From: Lama guanicoe
Lineage: Eukaryota
Direction of reading: 5' to 3'
Assembly: GCA_013239625.1 (NCBI GenBank)
Contig: MU054187.1
Span: 9,071,231 to 9,135,230 of the forward strand
DNA length: 64,000 nucleotides
In this document: in pieces, positions 51,380-64,000 of the stretch
Layout: each line of letters opens with the position of its first letter
Numbering within the stretch: the first letter of the stretch is position 1
Position numbers and translations under genes: made by a program
Notes under the pieces: model-generated
Database searches by the model: none
What the model saw: the letters and a program-made list of their open reading frames with translations, nothing else
Told to the model about the DNA's origin: nothing

Positions 51380-51940
51380 TTTGCTAAACACTTCCGTGTG
51401 TTGTACACTAGGAACACAGAATTGAGTAGGTAAACAAGATCGCTGCTTCCTGACCACACATTCTATGGAGGTTGGTGTGGAAAGTGAGGTGGGAGCAGAA
51501 GGCAAGCAGAGACACACATATCCAATTAGTGGTGTGTACCACAAATCAAACAAGGTAACAGGACAGCTGGGCACAGGTGCTTTTTAAATAGGTGGTCAGG
51601 GAAGGCTCCCCTGTAAAGGGTGGGCTGAGACTTGAAGGACAGGAGCCATGGGAAGATCGTGGCTCAGAAGGCAGACCAAACACAAAGTCAAAGATGGGAA
51701 CAAGCCTGACAATGTTCAGACAGCAAGACAATCACTGTAAAAGGAGATGAGACAGAAGTCAGCAAGGATTGGATTTCATGGGGCCATACCATGAAAAGGA
51801 GTTTGGATTTTAATTTCACTGTTGATAAGAACCCACTGATGTTCACACAGAAGCATGATCTGGTTGCATTTTAAAAACTACTTCAACCGACCTGTGGAGA
51901 GAGAATTCTAGGAACAGGATGCTACTGCAGCAACCAAGCG
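51380..51940 (-). mobile_element. L2 fragment
   Basis: AGGTGGTCAGGGAAGGCTCC...GGGCTGAGACTTGAAGGA; AAGGAGTTTGGATTTTA. Confidence 0.7.
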
Positions 51941-52039
51941 TACCTTCCACCAGGTAGGAGTGACAGCACAAGCGGTGGCAGAATCAAGCGGAACTCCCAC
52001 AGAGGCTGATTTCAGCTCTCTCTTTCACACCAAGCAAAA

Positions 52040-52295
52040 GGTCTCTTGTAAAACCTTCCCTGGTTCTCCCAGCTCCTGTGGCATCACATACACCCTATGA
52101 ACTTCCTACACCATTCTAATGGACCATGTATCAGGTGTATGGCAATTATGTATTTAAATAGCTGTCTTTCCTGATGGACCGAGTCCCAAGAATGAAGGCA
52201 AGAAACATGTCTTATTTATCTTCAATATAACTGGCAGAGTGCCTGGCACATAAAAAGTGCTCTATAAACATCTGCTGGCTGAAAGAATGAACAAA
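52040..52295 (+). mobile_element. L2 3' end fragment
   Basis: GGCAGAGTGCCTGGCACATAAAAAGTGCTCTATAAACATCTGCTGGCTGAAAGAATGAA. Confidence 0.7.
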
Positions 52296-52316
52296 CACAT
52301 TTCAATCAAAGCCATT

Positions 52317-52759
52317 TGTATGAGTTTCCTACGGCTGCCCTAACAAAGTACCACAAACTGGGTGGCTTAAAACAACAGAGATTTATTCTCTCTCCAGTTC
52401 TGGAGGCTAGAAGTCCAACATCAAGGTGTCCACAGGGCTGTGCTCCCCCTGAAGGCTTTAGGGAAGAATCCTTTCTTGCCTCTCAGTAGTTTCTGGTGTA
52501 CCTCAGCATCCTTGGCGTTTCTGGCTTGTAACTACATCACTCCAATCTCTGCTCCATCTTCACCTGGTCTTTTTCCTTGTCTGTGTCAGAGTCTCTGCGT
52601 ATTCTCTCCTCTTCTTGTAAAGACTTCCCTTGGGGCCTGTCCTAATCCCATATGACCTCATCTTAATTACATCTGCAGAGATCCTTGTTCCAAATAGGGT
52701 CACATTCTATGGTTCCAAGTAGACGTGAATTTTTGGTAGACACTATTCAACCCATTACA
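52317..52759 (-). mobile_element. MLT1B/C MaLR solo LTR
   Basis: TGTATGAGTTTCCTACGGCTGCC...CACAAACTGGGTGGCTTAAAACAACAGA...GACACTATTCAACCCATTACA; near-TSD CCATT/CCTTT. Confidence 0.9.
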
Positions 52760-54204
52760 CCTTTTAACACCAGAATGCATCGCCTTATAAAGTGGTAACT
52801 TTCTTATTCCAGATATGTTCAAGCAAAAACTGAGTAGCCAAAATCAGCCTGTTCAACAGAAGAGATCTGCAGATTGCTCTATGTGTCCTTTAATCTCTTT
52901 GGTTTCAGTTTACTCATCTGGATGTTGATGGGGCTGATTTCTATAGTCTCTCCTAACACTGATGTTCTATGATTCCAGGTCATAAATATTCTTGAAGACG
53001 TTTTATGTCCTGTAAATATGTTATAATAATATAGACACCCTCTATATTAAGTTATATGTAATTTAATTATAACAGAAAGCTTGCCCTCTTAGCTCTGCAA
53101 TAGACAAAATATTTTTTATAAACTGTCACCAAACTCACTTCATTTTTCCATTAACAACATAGTGCATTCCTCCATACATCAACCGCTATACTTCCATTTT
53201 AATAAACCACTTTGAATACCTACTATGTGCCAGTGAATAACCCACTTCTGACCCACCTATTTACGCTTATTAAATTATCAGGCAACTAGACTTCAGTTTC
53301 TTCATAATTTTATTTCTACTTAAATGACATTTAGAATTATCAATTCTCCCCATAGCCAAGTTTAAAAGATTCTTCTGATTACAAAAATGACATATTTGTA
53401 TTACTTTTCTTAAAATCCACAAAAGTACAAAGATAGTAAAAATTACCATAAATTCCACTACCCAAAGACAGCCACTGTTAACATTTTGCTGAGCAATCTT
53501 CCAGACTTGTATGTATTCATAAAGTGGTGTATACAATATCCTCCATGTTTTTATTCACAAACAGGTGTTACATAGAAAGTTACATTAATAGGCTAATACA
53601 CATGCCACTTTGCAGCTAGTATTTTCCCCATTCAAATGGTTATGTATACCTCTCAAAGACGACTATGGATACACTGCACTATTTTACTGACTGTAGAGTT
53701 TTGTGCTGAACTAAAACACCACATTTTAACCAATGCCCCACTGATGAGCACTGAAATAATCTCATTATCCATCATTATCAGTGCTGCAAAATTGTTATGA
53801 AAAAAATCTACGCATATATAGCTTAGCAAAGTTTTGCAACTGCACCTTTGCCAGGACTGCAGAAGGGGTAGTACTCACATTTAAAATTTTGATTAGTATA
53901 ATAAAGACCTACTGCCCTCTGAATACATTGAATCAAATGATGTTCCCATTTCCATTTACAAGAAGAATTATTTTCTCACACGCTGCGAACATCGGGTTTT
54001 GTCAGTCTTTGCCAATAGGAAAATGTTCCTCCTCCCAAGTTTTGTTTTTTTGTTTTTTGTTTTTTTGCATTTTCTTTATTACTAGCAAAGCTGAATCTGT
54101 TTTCCTACATTTGTATTTCTTTTGGGAACTGAGTGAGTCTTCTGCTAACTTTCTACTGAGTACACTTAATTTTTTTCCTATATATCTTACTTACAGTGCC
54201 CTGT

Positions 54205-56400
54205 TAAAACTAAAGAATCCTTCAAGGACTAAGACCACTCACCACTCCTTTCAACATCATGCTGGAACTCCTCGCTAATGCAATCAGACACGAAAAGGAA
54301 ACAAAAGGTATACAGATTAGAAAGAAAAACAGAAAACTGTCTTTGTTCACATATGACATGATCATTTATGCAGAAAATCAGAAAAAAAAAAAAAGACAAA
54401 AACCCTTCTGGAACGGTAAGTGATTATAGCAAGGTTAATACACAAAGTCAATTGCTTTCCTATATGCGATCAATGAACAAGCGAAATTTAAAATTAAAAA
54501 CACAATTCCATTTACGTTACTACTCCCCAAAATGAAAAACTGAGGCATAAATATGTAGAAGATCTGTAACTGGAAAATTACAAAACCTGGATGAACCAAA
54601 TAAAACAACTAAGTAAACGGAGAAATATTCCATGTTCATGGACAATTCAATGTTGTCAAAATGTCAATTCTTCAGAAATTCATCTATAAATTCAATGGAA
54701 TCCCAAACAAAATCCTAGCAAGTTATCTTGGGGATACTGACAAACTGATTCTAAAGTTTACATGGAGAGGCAAAAGGCCTAGAATAGCTAACTTGATATT
54801 GAGGGAGAAGGTCAAAGTCAGAGGACTGACACTACCCAACTTCTAGACTTACTATGAAGTTATAGTAATTTAGACAGTATGATACTGATGAAAAGAATAG
54901 ACAAAGAGATCAATGGAACAGAATGGAGAGCCCAGAAATAGAGCCACAGAAATATAGTTATCTGCTCTTTGACAACAGAGCAAAGATATTCTGGAGCACA
55001 AAGACAGTCTCTTCAACAAATAGTGTTGGAACAACTGAACATCTTCATGCAAAAATGAATCTAGACAAAGACTTTATATCCTTCACAAAAATTAACTCAA
55101 AACGGATTACAGACCAAAACATAAAAGACAAAACTATAAAACTCCTAGAAGAAAATATAGGAAAAAATGCAGGTGACCTTGGGTATGGTGATGACTTTTT
55201 AGATACAACACAAAAGGCAAAATCCATGAAAAAAAAAATAAGCTGGACTTCATTAAATTTAAAAACATCTGCTCTACAAAACACAATGTCATGAGAATGA
55301 GAAGACAGCCACGAACTGGGAGAAAATATATGCAAAAGAGACATCTTATAAAGGCCTATTATCCAAAATATATAAAGAACTCTTAAGAGTCAACTATAAG
55401 GAAACAAACAACTCAATTAAAAATTGAGCCTAAGACCTTAACAGACACTTCACCACAGAAGGTATACAGACAGCAAAAAGCATATGAAAAGATGTCATCA
55501 GGAAAATGTAAAGTAAAACAACAATGAAATACCACTACAGACTTATTAGAATGGCTAAAATCCAGAACACTGACAACATCAAATGTTGGTTGATAGTATG
55601 GAGCAACAGGAATTCTCATTCATTGCTTCATTGCTCATGGGAATATAAAATGGTACACTTTGGAATATAGTTTTGTGGTTTCTTACAAAACTAAACATAC
55701 TTTTATCCATATGATCCTGCAAACACACTCCTTAGACATTTACCCAAAGGAATTGAAACATGTCTACACAAAAAACTGCAGATGTTTGTAGCAGCTTTAC
55801 TCATGACACCCAAACTTGGAAGCAACTAACAGACGTCCTTCAGTAGGTGAATGGATACACTGTAATACAACCAGATAATGAAACAGTATTCAGTGCTAAA
55901 AAGAAATGAGTTACCAAATCATGGAAAAAACATGGAGGAATTTTAAATGCCTATTACATAGTGAAAGAAGCCAATGTGAAAAGGCTAAAGACGATATGAA
56001 TCCAATTATAGGACATTCTGGAGAAGGCAAAACTATAGAGAGTATAAAGATCAGTGGTTTTTGGGAACTGGGGAGATAAAGATAATTATGTGGAGCACAG
56101 AGGATTTTTAGGGCAGTACAAGTTCCCTGTATGATACTATAATAATGGATACATGTCATTATGCATTTGTCCAAGCTCACAGACTGTACAACACCAAGAG
56201 TGACCCCTAATGTATAGTTTGGAATTTGCATGATTATGATATACTAATGTAGGTTCATCAATTGTAACAAATGTACCACTTTGGTGGGGGGATGTTGATA
56301 ATGGGGGAGGCTATGTTATGTGTGGGGACAGGAGATACAGGAGAAATCTCTGTACATTCCTCTTAATTTTGCTGTGAACATAAAATTGCTCTTAAAAAAC
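54205..56400 (+). mobile_element. L1MC-like element, about 2.2 kb (degraded ORF2 + 3' UTR)
   Basis: ORFs 54661 and 54923 are ORF2 remnants (FIYKFNGIPNKI; SFTKINSKRITDQNIKDKTIKLLEENIG); L1MC 3' UTR at 55950-56400. Confidence 0.9.
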
Positions 56401-57284
56401 AAAGTCTTTTTTGAAAATTTGCTTTCTAGAATAACATCATTGTTTTTCAAAAAATAGGTTCACTATCAAGAATTCAAGCAAAAAGTAAAATGAACTAAAA
56501 AAAAAAAAATTCCACCATCCACCCTTCCATACATGACTAGAGTGAGAGCTCTTTGTAAATCAAGCACATTCTTTTAGTCACTAAAATTCCTTTATTCACT
56601 AAAGTGGAAGAAAAAGGTTTATTCCTAAATTTTAAAATATAGGTAAAATATGTTTCTTTATGAAATTTTTTCCTGCTAAGCTGCACATTAATCACATTTT
56701 AACAAATTAAATGGTCCAACAGGCCCAATATACTTTCAGTAATAGTTTTGCTTTATCTCTAACCATATTTTAAATAGAAGTAATTTAGACATTTTAAAAA
56801 TTGAGTGTTTTTCCTCTAACTTATCCAAATAATCACTGGTGTAGGAGCAAATGCTGCTCAAAGGAATAATGTTCAGTCAAGAAAGACTGCAACTTAAGGA
56901 AATCCTAAAGATCAATCCTTTTGTAAGAAAGTCGGAGTACAGTGAGAAAACCAACAGATTAAAAGTTGGAAGAACCAAGTTTAAAACTCTAACTTCTCCA
57001 CTTTCTAACTGTGTAATCTCAGAGAAAACACTCGATCTTTCTGAGTCTTAACTATCAAATCTTTAAAATGTTGAAGATGAATTAAATTACCGATAAGGTC
57101 CCTTTCAAGCATTAATACTCTGATTCCATTCTCAAAGAAGATCTAGAGTAATTAAGTATGGAGACCAGGGATTAGGAGCAATCAAAAACCTGATAAAAAC
57201 TGATATATAAGGTACTATTTCTGCATACCTTGGAAGAACAGTAAAATACAGCAATAAGGTAATAATAAGGCAGAATACAATAAA

Positions 57285-58511
57285 CAGTGGTCTACAAGCA
57301 GGGTCATGAATACATACCCTGGGGAGCACACAGGCCTGGAGAGTTTCAGGGGAACTGATTTCTAGGTTCTCAATTTTCACATATACAATTTTCTAGAACC
57401 ATTCTGCTGACACACGTCAGTTTTCATCTACCTCCTCTCCCCGTCTGCTGTAGATAACTCTCAACGCTTCCTGAAACCTACTGTGGAGCTAGGGTCTAAC
57501 GACAGCTGAGGAGCCAAAAAGAGAGTTTAAAATATTCATGCTGAGAAAATTAACTGCTCTCCAGATTGGGTATCTGGGGGGAAAAAAAATTCTTTTTTTC
57601 AAGTCAATAGGTCACTAATTCTTACTTTCATGAAAATGTAAGGAGAATCAAATTCAGCTGCTACTTGAGAAAGCATTAAAAATATTTTTGATTATGGATT
57701 AATTTGCTGTCAGCTCAAAAGAATGAGTGATAATGTTAAAATAAATGGCACTTTTTATTACCATCTACTACACTTGTGAATGAGACTTCTCAATTCTTTC
57801 ACTATTAAAGTAAAACTAGAAGAGAATCAATGTAGAACCCTATCTTCTAATACTATTTATAAATGGATAAAATATAAATATTTATAATTTAAAGTAAATA
57901 AAATGCATTTCCAATAGAATTTTAGTATTTAATACTTACTAAATCTTATAACTCATGTGCTGTTTTAATTGCCTACTGGCTATCGTATTGATAACTCAAT
58001 CTAAAATAAATGTGATGTAGCCTTACATCACAGGAAATTTTAAATGTTTTAAGTTATAATGGTTTTTGCATAGAACTATGAAGAACTGGGTGACACTGCT
58101 AAAATAAAGCACTTTATATTCCCATCTACTAAATTTGTGAGTGAATTTATTTTTGTTATAGGTAAATATGATAGACTGATAAAATGCTTTCAAGTATTAA
58201 AGAATACATTAGGATAAGAATACGTAGAGAACAGTTAAACAGAAATGGGTTCAAAAAGACAAATAAGGAATGATACAATTCTGACTGAGCTTGTTCACAT
58301 TTTATTATAACGGATGATGGGGGATATCAAAGTGTTAAAATTCCCCTGGATATATTTAAATCTGTGATTTAAGTAATATATTAAAATTTACATCATTTAC
58401 AAATACTGAAACTTAAGAGGAAAAATTCTAGATGTGTAAGAAGGTATATATAGTTTTTTTTTCCCCAAGTTTTTTGAAGGGATATATGAAAAAAAAGTCT
58501 GAAAACCCTTG
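57285..58511 (+). mobile_element. Old hAT-Charlie-like DNA transposon remnant
   Basis: TIR-like ends CAGTGGTCTACAA / TCTGAAAACCCTTG; degraded hAT C-terminal coding motif (CCATCTACTACACTTGTGAATGAGACTTCTC) at about 57760-57790. No TSD found. Confidence 0.5.
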
Positions 58512-59129
58512 TAGTTGAAGTCAGAATATATCACCACCCTCCCCCAACCCTCCACACACATGCAGGAGAGAAGAAAAACAAAACCTGCCTCTTCTTCCTT
58601 TTGTATTTTTTGTTACTAGCTTCATGATTTACCTGGTTTCCCAAATTAAGAAGGTGGAAATTGAAGGGGGGGGTATTTTTGTTTTTGTTTTGTTTTAACC
58701 TCTCAAATCAAATCAGGAACTTCTAGGACCCAACTCCTGACTTTCTGTCTCTGTTGCTTCCACCACTGCCTTTGTTCAAGATCTCTTATAGGGCTGTCGT
58801 CTTTAAAATAATAACTATACTTAAATTACTTTCCAACATCTCCCAAGGAAACTACTTCATAATTATCAGAGCTATACAAAAATACCTGTCATGCATATGA
58901 CTGAGTTACCCAAATAATTAGAGAATCATGAAGTTGGAAGGAACTAGAAGAGTCAAAATCCTTGACAAGATCCTTGTCCAAGTATCTTTTATGAATTTAT
59001 AATCTCATGAGGCAGCCTAGTTCCTCTCTGGACATCTCTGTCAGAGATCTCGGCCAAAATACAGCTTGTTTGACTTTTTCTAGGATTACTGTAGTTAAAA
59101 AGAAGATCCACGTTAAAAGAACACCGGTA

Positions 59130-59910
59130 AAATTACACAAAATTCTAAACAAAAAAGTTAAAAATTACTTATACTTTCACCACCCAGAATTAGCTTCAGT
59201 TAGCATTTTGGGATACATCTGGCTTCTTTTTCCTTCTGCAAGCATGTATGGTGTGTGGATATGTATATATTCTGTGATTTACTTTTAAACAAAATTGAGA
59301 TAAAAATCAGTAGATTATCCAGAGGTTTTTTGGTTTGTTCTTTTACTCAATGTTGTTAAAGGAATTCTTCATGCAATTAAATATTCTTCAAATTCTTCGA
59401 AGTATTTTAGTGGGTACATAATACAGAAATATTAAGAAATACTAAAATTTCTTTAGCCGTTTGTAAACCATTTATATTAGATATACTTTAAATTCTTCAA
59501 AGCATTTTAGTGGCCACACATTATAAAACTAAATACTATATACTCAAAACAAGAAATACTATAATATGTTTAAACATCTGTAAATTATTTGTTGTTGTAA
59601 ATTTTTCACAGTGATAAATACATGTTGAATATCCTTAAGATTAATCTTTCTCTACATTTCCAGTTATTTGCTCAGCATAGATTCCCAAAAGTAAATTATC
59701 AGGCAAAAGTATTAGTTTCCTAAGTATTAATTTTTTAATTCAATTGCCAAATTACTTTTCAGAAAACTTACAACAATTTAGACCCTACTAGCAGTGCGTA
59801 AGTATGCTCTTCAGGCACTACTATAACCTTACTTGTTTAAAGTTTATCAATCTGAGAGCAAAAATCAGTATCATTCTTTTAACATGCACTTCTTTTATTA
59901 CTAGACTGGT
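59130..59910 (-). mobile_element. Old L1ME-like 3' remnant
   Basis: ATTGCCAAATTACTTTTCAGAAA...CAATTTAGACCCTACTAGCAGTG. Confidence 0.55.
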
Positions 59911-60619
59911 TAAACACAAGGTCTCCCTTTCTATTTCTATTGTTTTTACCTAGTGGTCCTTATCTACCCTGAGGCAACATCCTTCTCCCATGCAGTGAGA
60001 GGAAGAGAACACACGGGCTTTAGGGTCAGAATGACCCAGAGTTACTCCACTCCCTACTTGGGTTACCTCGGACAAGTAACAACTTTAAATTTGCATCTTC
60101 TCCCGTGTATTAGCAGCTGACCCCACAGCAGGAACAGGATATAGCAACTGAGAACATGCAGCCAAACAAAACCTAAATTAACCCTCTTCCCCTTCCTCTC
60201 CTGCTCATGGCAATCCTTCAAATACTGAAAGACAGCAATGCTCCATCATCTTTCCCCAACCACTCCCCCTACCCTCCATTCACACCTCCTGGCCCAAATC
60301 GTGAATCTTTTATTCTCCAGACTGAATGTCTCCAATGTCTTCAGTCACAGATCAAACAATATGGCTTCAAATTACCTCACCACCCTGGTCATTGTCTTTA
60401 GGGTACGATTTAGCTTAATCATGTCCTCCTAGAATGTGGCATCTAGAACAAAATACTCCAGATAGGATTTGAAAAGACCAGAGTGAAGGCTATCACCTCA
60501 ACTAATCACCTCAAATCATCAAATCTGTTTTCCTTATCTAGATCCATGAGCCAACAAAATCTATAATCCATACACCTAAAAGCCTAACTATATTCCACTC
60601 ACCTTCTCCAGTGAGGCAG

Positions 60620-60820
60620 GCCAGTCTGAAAGTAAGGGTGTGGAGTGTGACAGGCTCTTCTCCAAGATCTTGCCCGATGCCTCAGGCAAGTGATTTAATG
60701 TCTCCAAGCTCAGTTGACTTACTCTCTGGTAAAAATGGGAGCACTATCAATTATCTCATAAAGTAAAGGTTAAAAACATCAACTACAGTATCTGGCAGGT
60801 AGGAGGTACTCAAAAGTGGA
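60620..60820 (+). mobile_element. MIR SINE
   Basis: CCTCAGGCAAGTGATTTAATGTCTCCAAGCTCAGTT...GTAAAAATGGG. Confidence 0.6.
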
Positions 60821-61108
60821 AACAACTATAATTAATACTGAAGCAAAACTACTGATCTTTATTCAGCACTGTTTGCCAAGTACTTTACACGGTCCTGAAC
60901 TAGAGCTGGTCTACTCAAAACTCCAAGAAACAGACTAGGCTTTACAGAAATTTAATTATTCAACTAACAATTTATTTTCTTTCTCAAATTATGCCCTGCC
61001 TTTGTCCTCTCCTTCTCCTTCTAGCCATCATCTTCAGAAAATGAAGAGCCACCTCTACCAGCAGGTGGAGGCATGGAGCAGTAGTCCAAAATTCCTGCTC
61101 AAAATTGT

Positions 61109-61252
61109 ACTGTATATCACAGGGAATATTCAATTTCTTATAGTAACATGTAATGGAAAAGAATCTGAAGAGAAAATACGTATGTATGTAGAACTGAATC
61201 ACTCTGCTGTACACCTGAAACTAACACTGTAAATCAATCACACTTCAATGAA
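61109..61252 (+). mobile_element. Very short L1 3'-terminal insertion with 8-bp TSD
   Basis: TSD AAAATTGT at 61101-61108 and 61253-61260; CTGAATCACTCTGCTGTACACCTGAAACTAACAC. Confidence 0.88.
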
Positions 61253-63259
61253 AAAATTGTTTTTAATTATAAGCAGGAGTTACCCTGATGTCAACCACAA
61301 GATCCCTTCAAAAGGTTTCCTGCCAGCAGGCAAAATGAAGCCCAACCCGCAAACTGAGAAGGCTCACCTCCAAATGCAGTTTCTGCTCCTTTCCTCACAC
61401 ACTGATCACATGAGCACTTACACCTAAATGCAACCATGCAAAAGTATCATTTATCTGTGAATAAACTACTGAAAGGCACATTTGGCAACTGTGTACAAAC
61501 TTAACAAAGGCTATGCTACTTTCAGCCAAGAACAGGCCACTTAAATGTGAAAGAGAATAAACACTCAATTTTCTCTCAATTCAAATTAATCGTAAAACAT
61601 GAGCATTTTGTTATCAGAATAAAAAAGTTCTGATCTGTTCTTAAATTAGAAGATTAAAAGTTAATTGTTGACGTTTTCTGGAGTGGCCAAAGGGAATATA
61701 AGAATGTCCAGGTCTGAAAAGTCAAGACTTCTAACAAAATTATAGAAATTTTACATAAACACAAATAAATGTGATACACACACAGTCTTTAGTACAGAAA
61801 AATAAAAATTAAATTCCTTAAGAAGATCTGCATGCAATGAGGGGTCTTTACCATCTAAATTTCCTAGATGTCTTTATGACTACTAATGATCCCAGACAAA
61901 AACTGAGTTAAACTAAGCTTTGTCCACTTGCCTTTCTTCAGCTCTCCTCTTCCCAAACTTGTCTCTATACCATCCCCAGTAAAAAAGCCAATTCTCTAAA
62001 ACTGCTTGGATCCTTTTGAAAAGAAAAAAAAAAAAGGGAATGGAGGGAGTGAGGGAGGGAAAGGGAAACGAAGAATTGAAATTCACACTATTGTTAGTAT
62101 TAGCAGAAGTCTCATGAAATCGCCTTAGAGTGAATGGATGGTACCAACCTCTCCCTCTTTCCAACCAAAGTGAGCTCCCTAATCTTCCTAACTCCTGTAA
62201 AGAGCTTAATATTTTACCTCTTGCAGGACCTTTGTGTTTAAAAAAGAATTTTTGAGTAGACAGTATGTACAACTGATGGAACTCTAGGCACAGCAACAAA
62301 GCAGCAAAATCTGGGCATAGGTCTAAAACTTCTCAAATCACATGCCACGGGCTAATGCATTCCTGATGACAACTTATAAACCAGTAATTTGAACATCCTA
62401 CTCCTCAATCAGAACTACAGCCCAAATACGCTATAAATTTACATTAATATTATGTTTGAGCATATATTTGAAGTATAATATAAATATGTACTTGTTCAGA
62501 TGTAAAAGCCGAAACATGGCAGTACTGCATTTAAACCAAAGAATGAAGCATTTCGGAAAACAGAAAAAATGAAACTAAGGTCCCAAGAAAACAAGTGTCT
62601 TGAGAGTGGGCACGGAGGACAGTCTCGGAAACAGGCCCACTCCGGTCCACAACTGTTCACACCACCCGCTGCACTGGCTTTGGCACCCAGGTTTGTGAAG
62701 AGGCAACTACTAGAGTAACAACATTTGGAATAATGCACATTTACAAGCTGATGTTAGATATAAAGAGCCCTCATAAGCGAGCACACGATATGCAAATGAA
62801 ATGTCACAAAAGAGGAAACACAAACGCACAAAAAACACTTCAGAAAGTGTTCACTCTTGTTTACTGTCAAGTGAAAACAAACTCAGTGTATCACAGCACA
62901 TCTATGAAAGTAGTAAAACACTTATATAAATGTTTATAAAATATCTATAAAATGTTTATTTAACATAGTATTTATTCTGATTTAATACTGTAAGAATGGA
63001 GATGGAAGAGTTATGATCATTCATCTTGGTACTGTAAAAGAACAGAAAATTCTAGAAAGTCACAAAGTGTTTCTACTTCTTGACCCAATCTAGGGATTCT
63101 ACTCTAAAGGCCTCATCAAATTTGCATGAAGGTATTCAATACAGTTTTGCAGACAACAGCAAAAATCTGAAAGGAGCTCTGACGTTCAGCACCTGGAGCA
63201 TGTGCTACTGACAGGCCAACATGGTATCACTACTAGTGACCATTAAGTACAACCATACA

Positions 63260-63440
63260 CCTGTTCTGCCAGTACAGTACCCACCAGCCATATGTAGCTA
63301 TTTAAATAAAACTGAATTTAAAATTCCTCAGTCAAAACTAGCCACATTTCAAGTGCTCACTTAGCTGCACAGGACTAGTGACTACTACGTCAGACACTGT
63401 GGAGAACATTCCCATCATCACAGAAAGTTCTATCGAGGGT
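63260..63440. mobile_element. MER3-like hAT-Charlie MITE
   Basis: CTAGCCACATTTCAAGTGCTCA...AGAACATTCCCATCATCACAGAAAGTTCTAT. Confidence 0.8.
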
Positions 63441-63449
63441 TGATCTACA

Positions 63450-63765
63450 TGGCTACCTGCGCCATCCTCTCTCCGTCTCCCACTACATGCACCCATTTAC
63501 CTAGAAACACCTATTCAACCTCAGGCCTTGGCCTAAGGTTCAACTACTACGTGAGACTTTCCCTGATTTACCCAGGGAAAATCAGGTACACCTTCTCGCA
63601 GTCTCATTACACCTTGGTAACGCCAATAAAAATTACATCACATGTAATCATACCATTCCCCCCACCACAATCCTGTAAGCTTCCTGAAGGGGGAACCAAC
63701 TTGTATCCAAGGGGCCTTGAACTGTTCCGGCACATACAGGACCTTAATAGTTTGTCACATACTAA
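63450..63765 (+). mobile_element. L2 3' fragment
   Basis: CTGTAAGCTTCCTGAAGG...GGCACATACAGGACCTTAATA. Confidence 0.55.
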
Positions 63766-64000
63766 GAACACTGCTAAAGACAACAGACATGCACACTACC
63801 ACAGTTAAAAATGTTTATGTATAAGGAAAGCAACCCATCAAAGAAACACTTGGTTAGGTTGGCAGGCTCACAAGTGACTTTTTTTTTTACATTTTCTCAG
63901 TACCTAATACAAGGAGCCTCATTCACAGAAGGTGTTCAGTAAATATTTGTGGAATAGTTTCTGAATTTAAAAAAAAAAAAGACACCAAGAATGAACCCTA

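Noticed and set aside
53781..55619. Several 60-165-aa ORFs
   Set aside because: Chance ORFs or L1 ORF2 remnants within degraded L1 elements.
20300..64000. PDE7A1 first exon (MEVCYQLPVL...) and its CpG island
   Set aside because: Not found and no CpG island seen; presumably beyond the right edge of the window.

Overview
Mammalian genomic DNA, AT-rich and about half decayed interspersed repeats, with one 208-nt N gap. A tRNA-derived SINE of the camelid vic-1 type and the lack of recognisable Alu, B1/B2, BovB/Bov-tA or PRE1 elements suggest a camelid. The window holds the 5' part of the cAMP phosphodiesterase gene PDE7A on the minus strand. Three spliced coding exons were read by hand: 19762-19821 (PDE7A2-specific hydrophobic N-terminus MGITLIWCLALVLIKWIASK), 12151-12211 ([20 protein letters not shown]) and 8923-9006 ([27 protein letters not shown]). 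None of them appears in the ORF track. I did not find the PDE7A1 first exon/CpG island or the catalytic-domain exons, so they probably lie outside the window. The rest is intron filled with L1, L2, MIR, MaLR/ERVL LTRs and Tigger/hAT fossils. I see no new multi-gene system. The most interesting observations are: (i) a textbook 3' splice site upstream of the PDE7A2 start that would make it a fully open 99-nt in-frame cassette exon; (ii) a uORF ending 4 nt before the PDE7A2 ATG; (iii) a muscle-type motif cluster around that exon; (iv) a polyadenylated LTR-like retrocopy; (v) nested and inverted retrotransposon structures. Repeat family names come from memory of consensus sequences. Repeat boundaries are approximate unless TSDs or TIRs are quoted.
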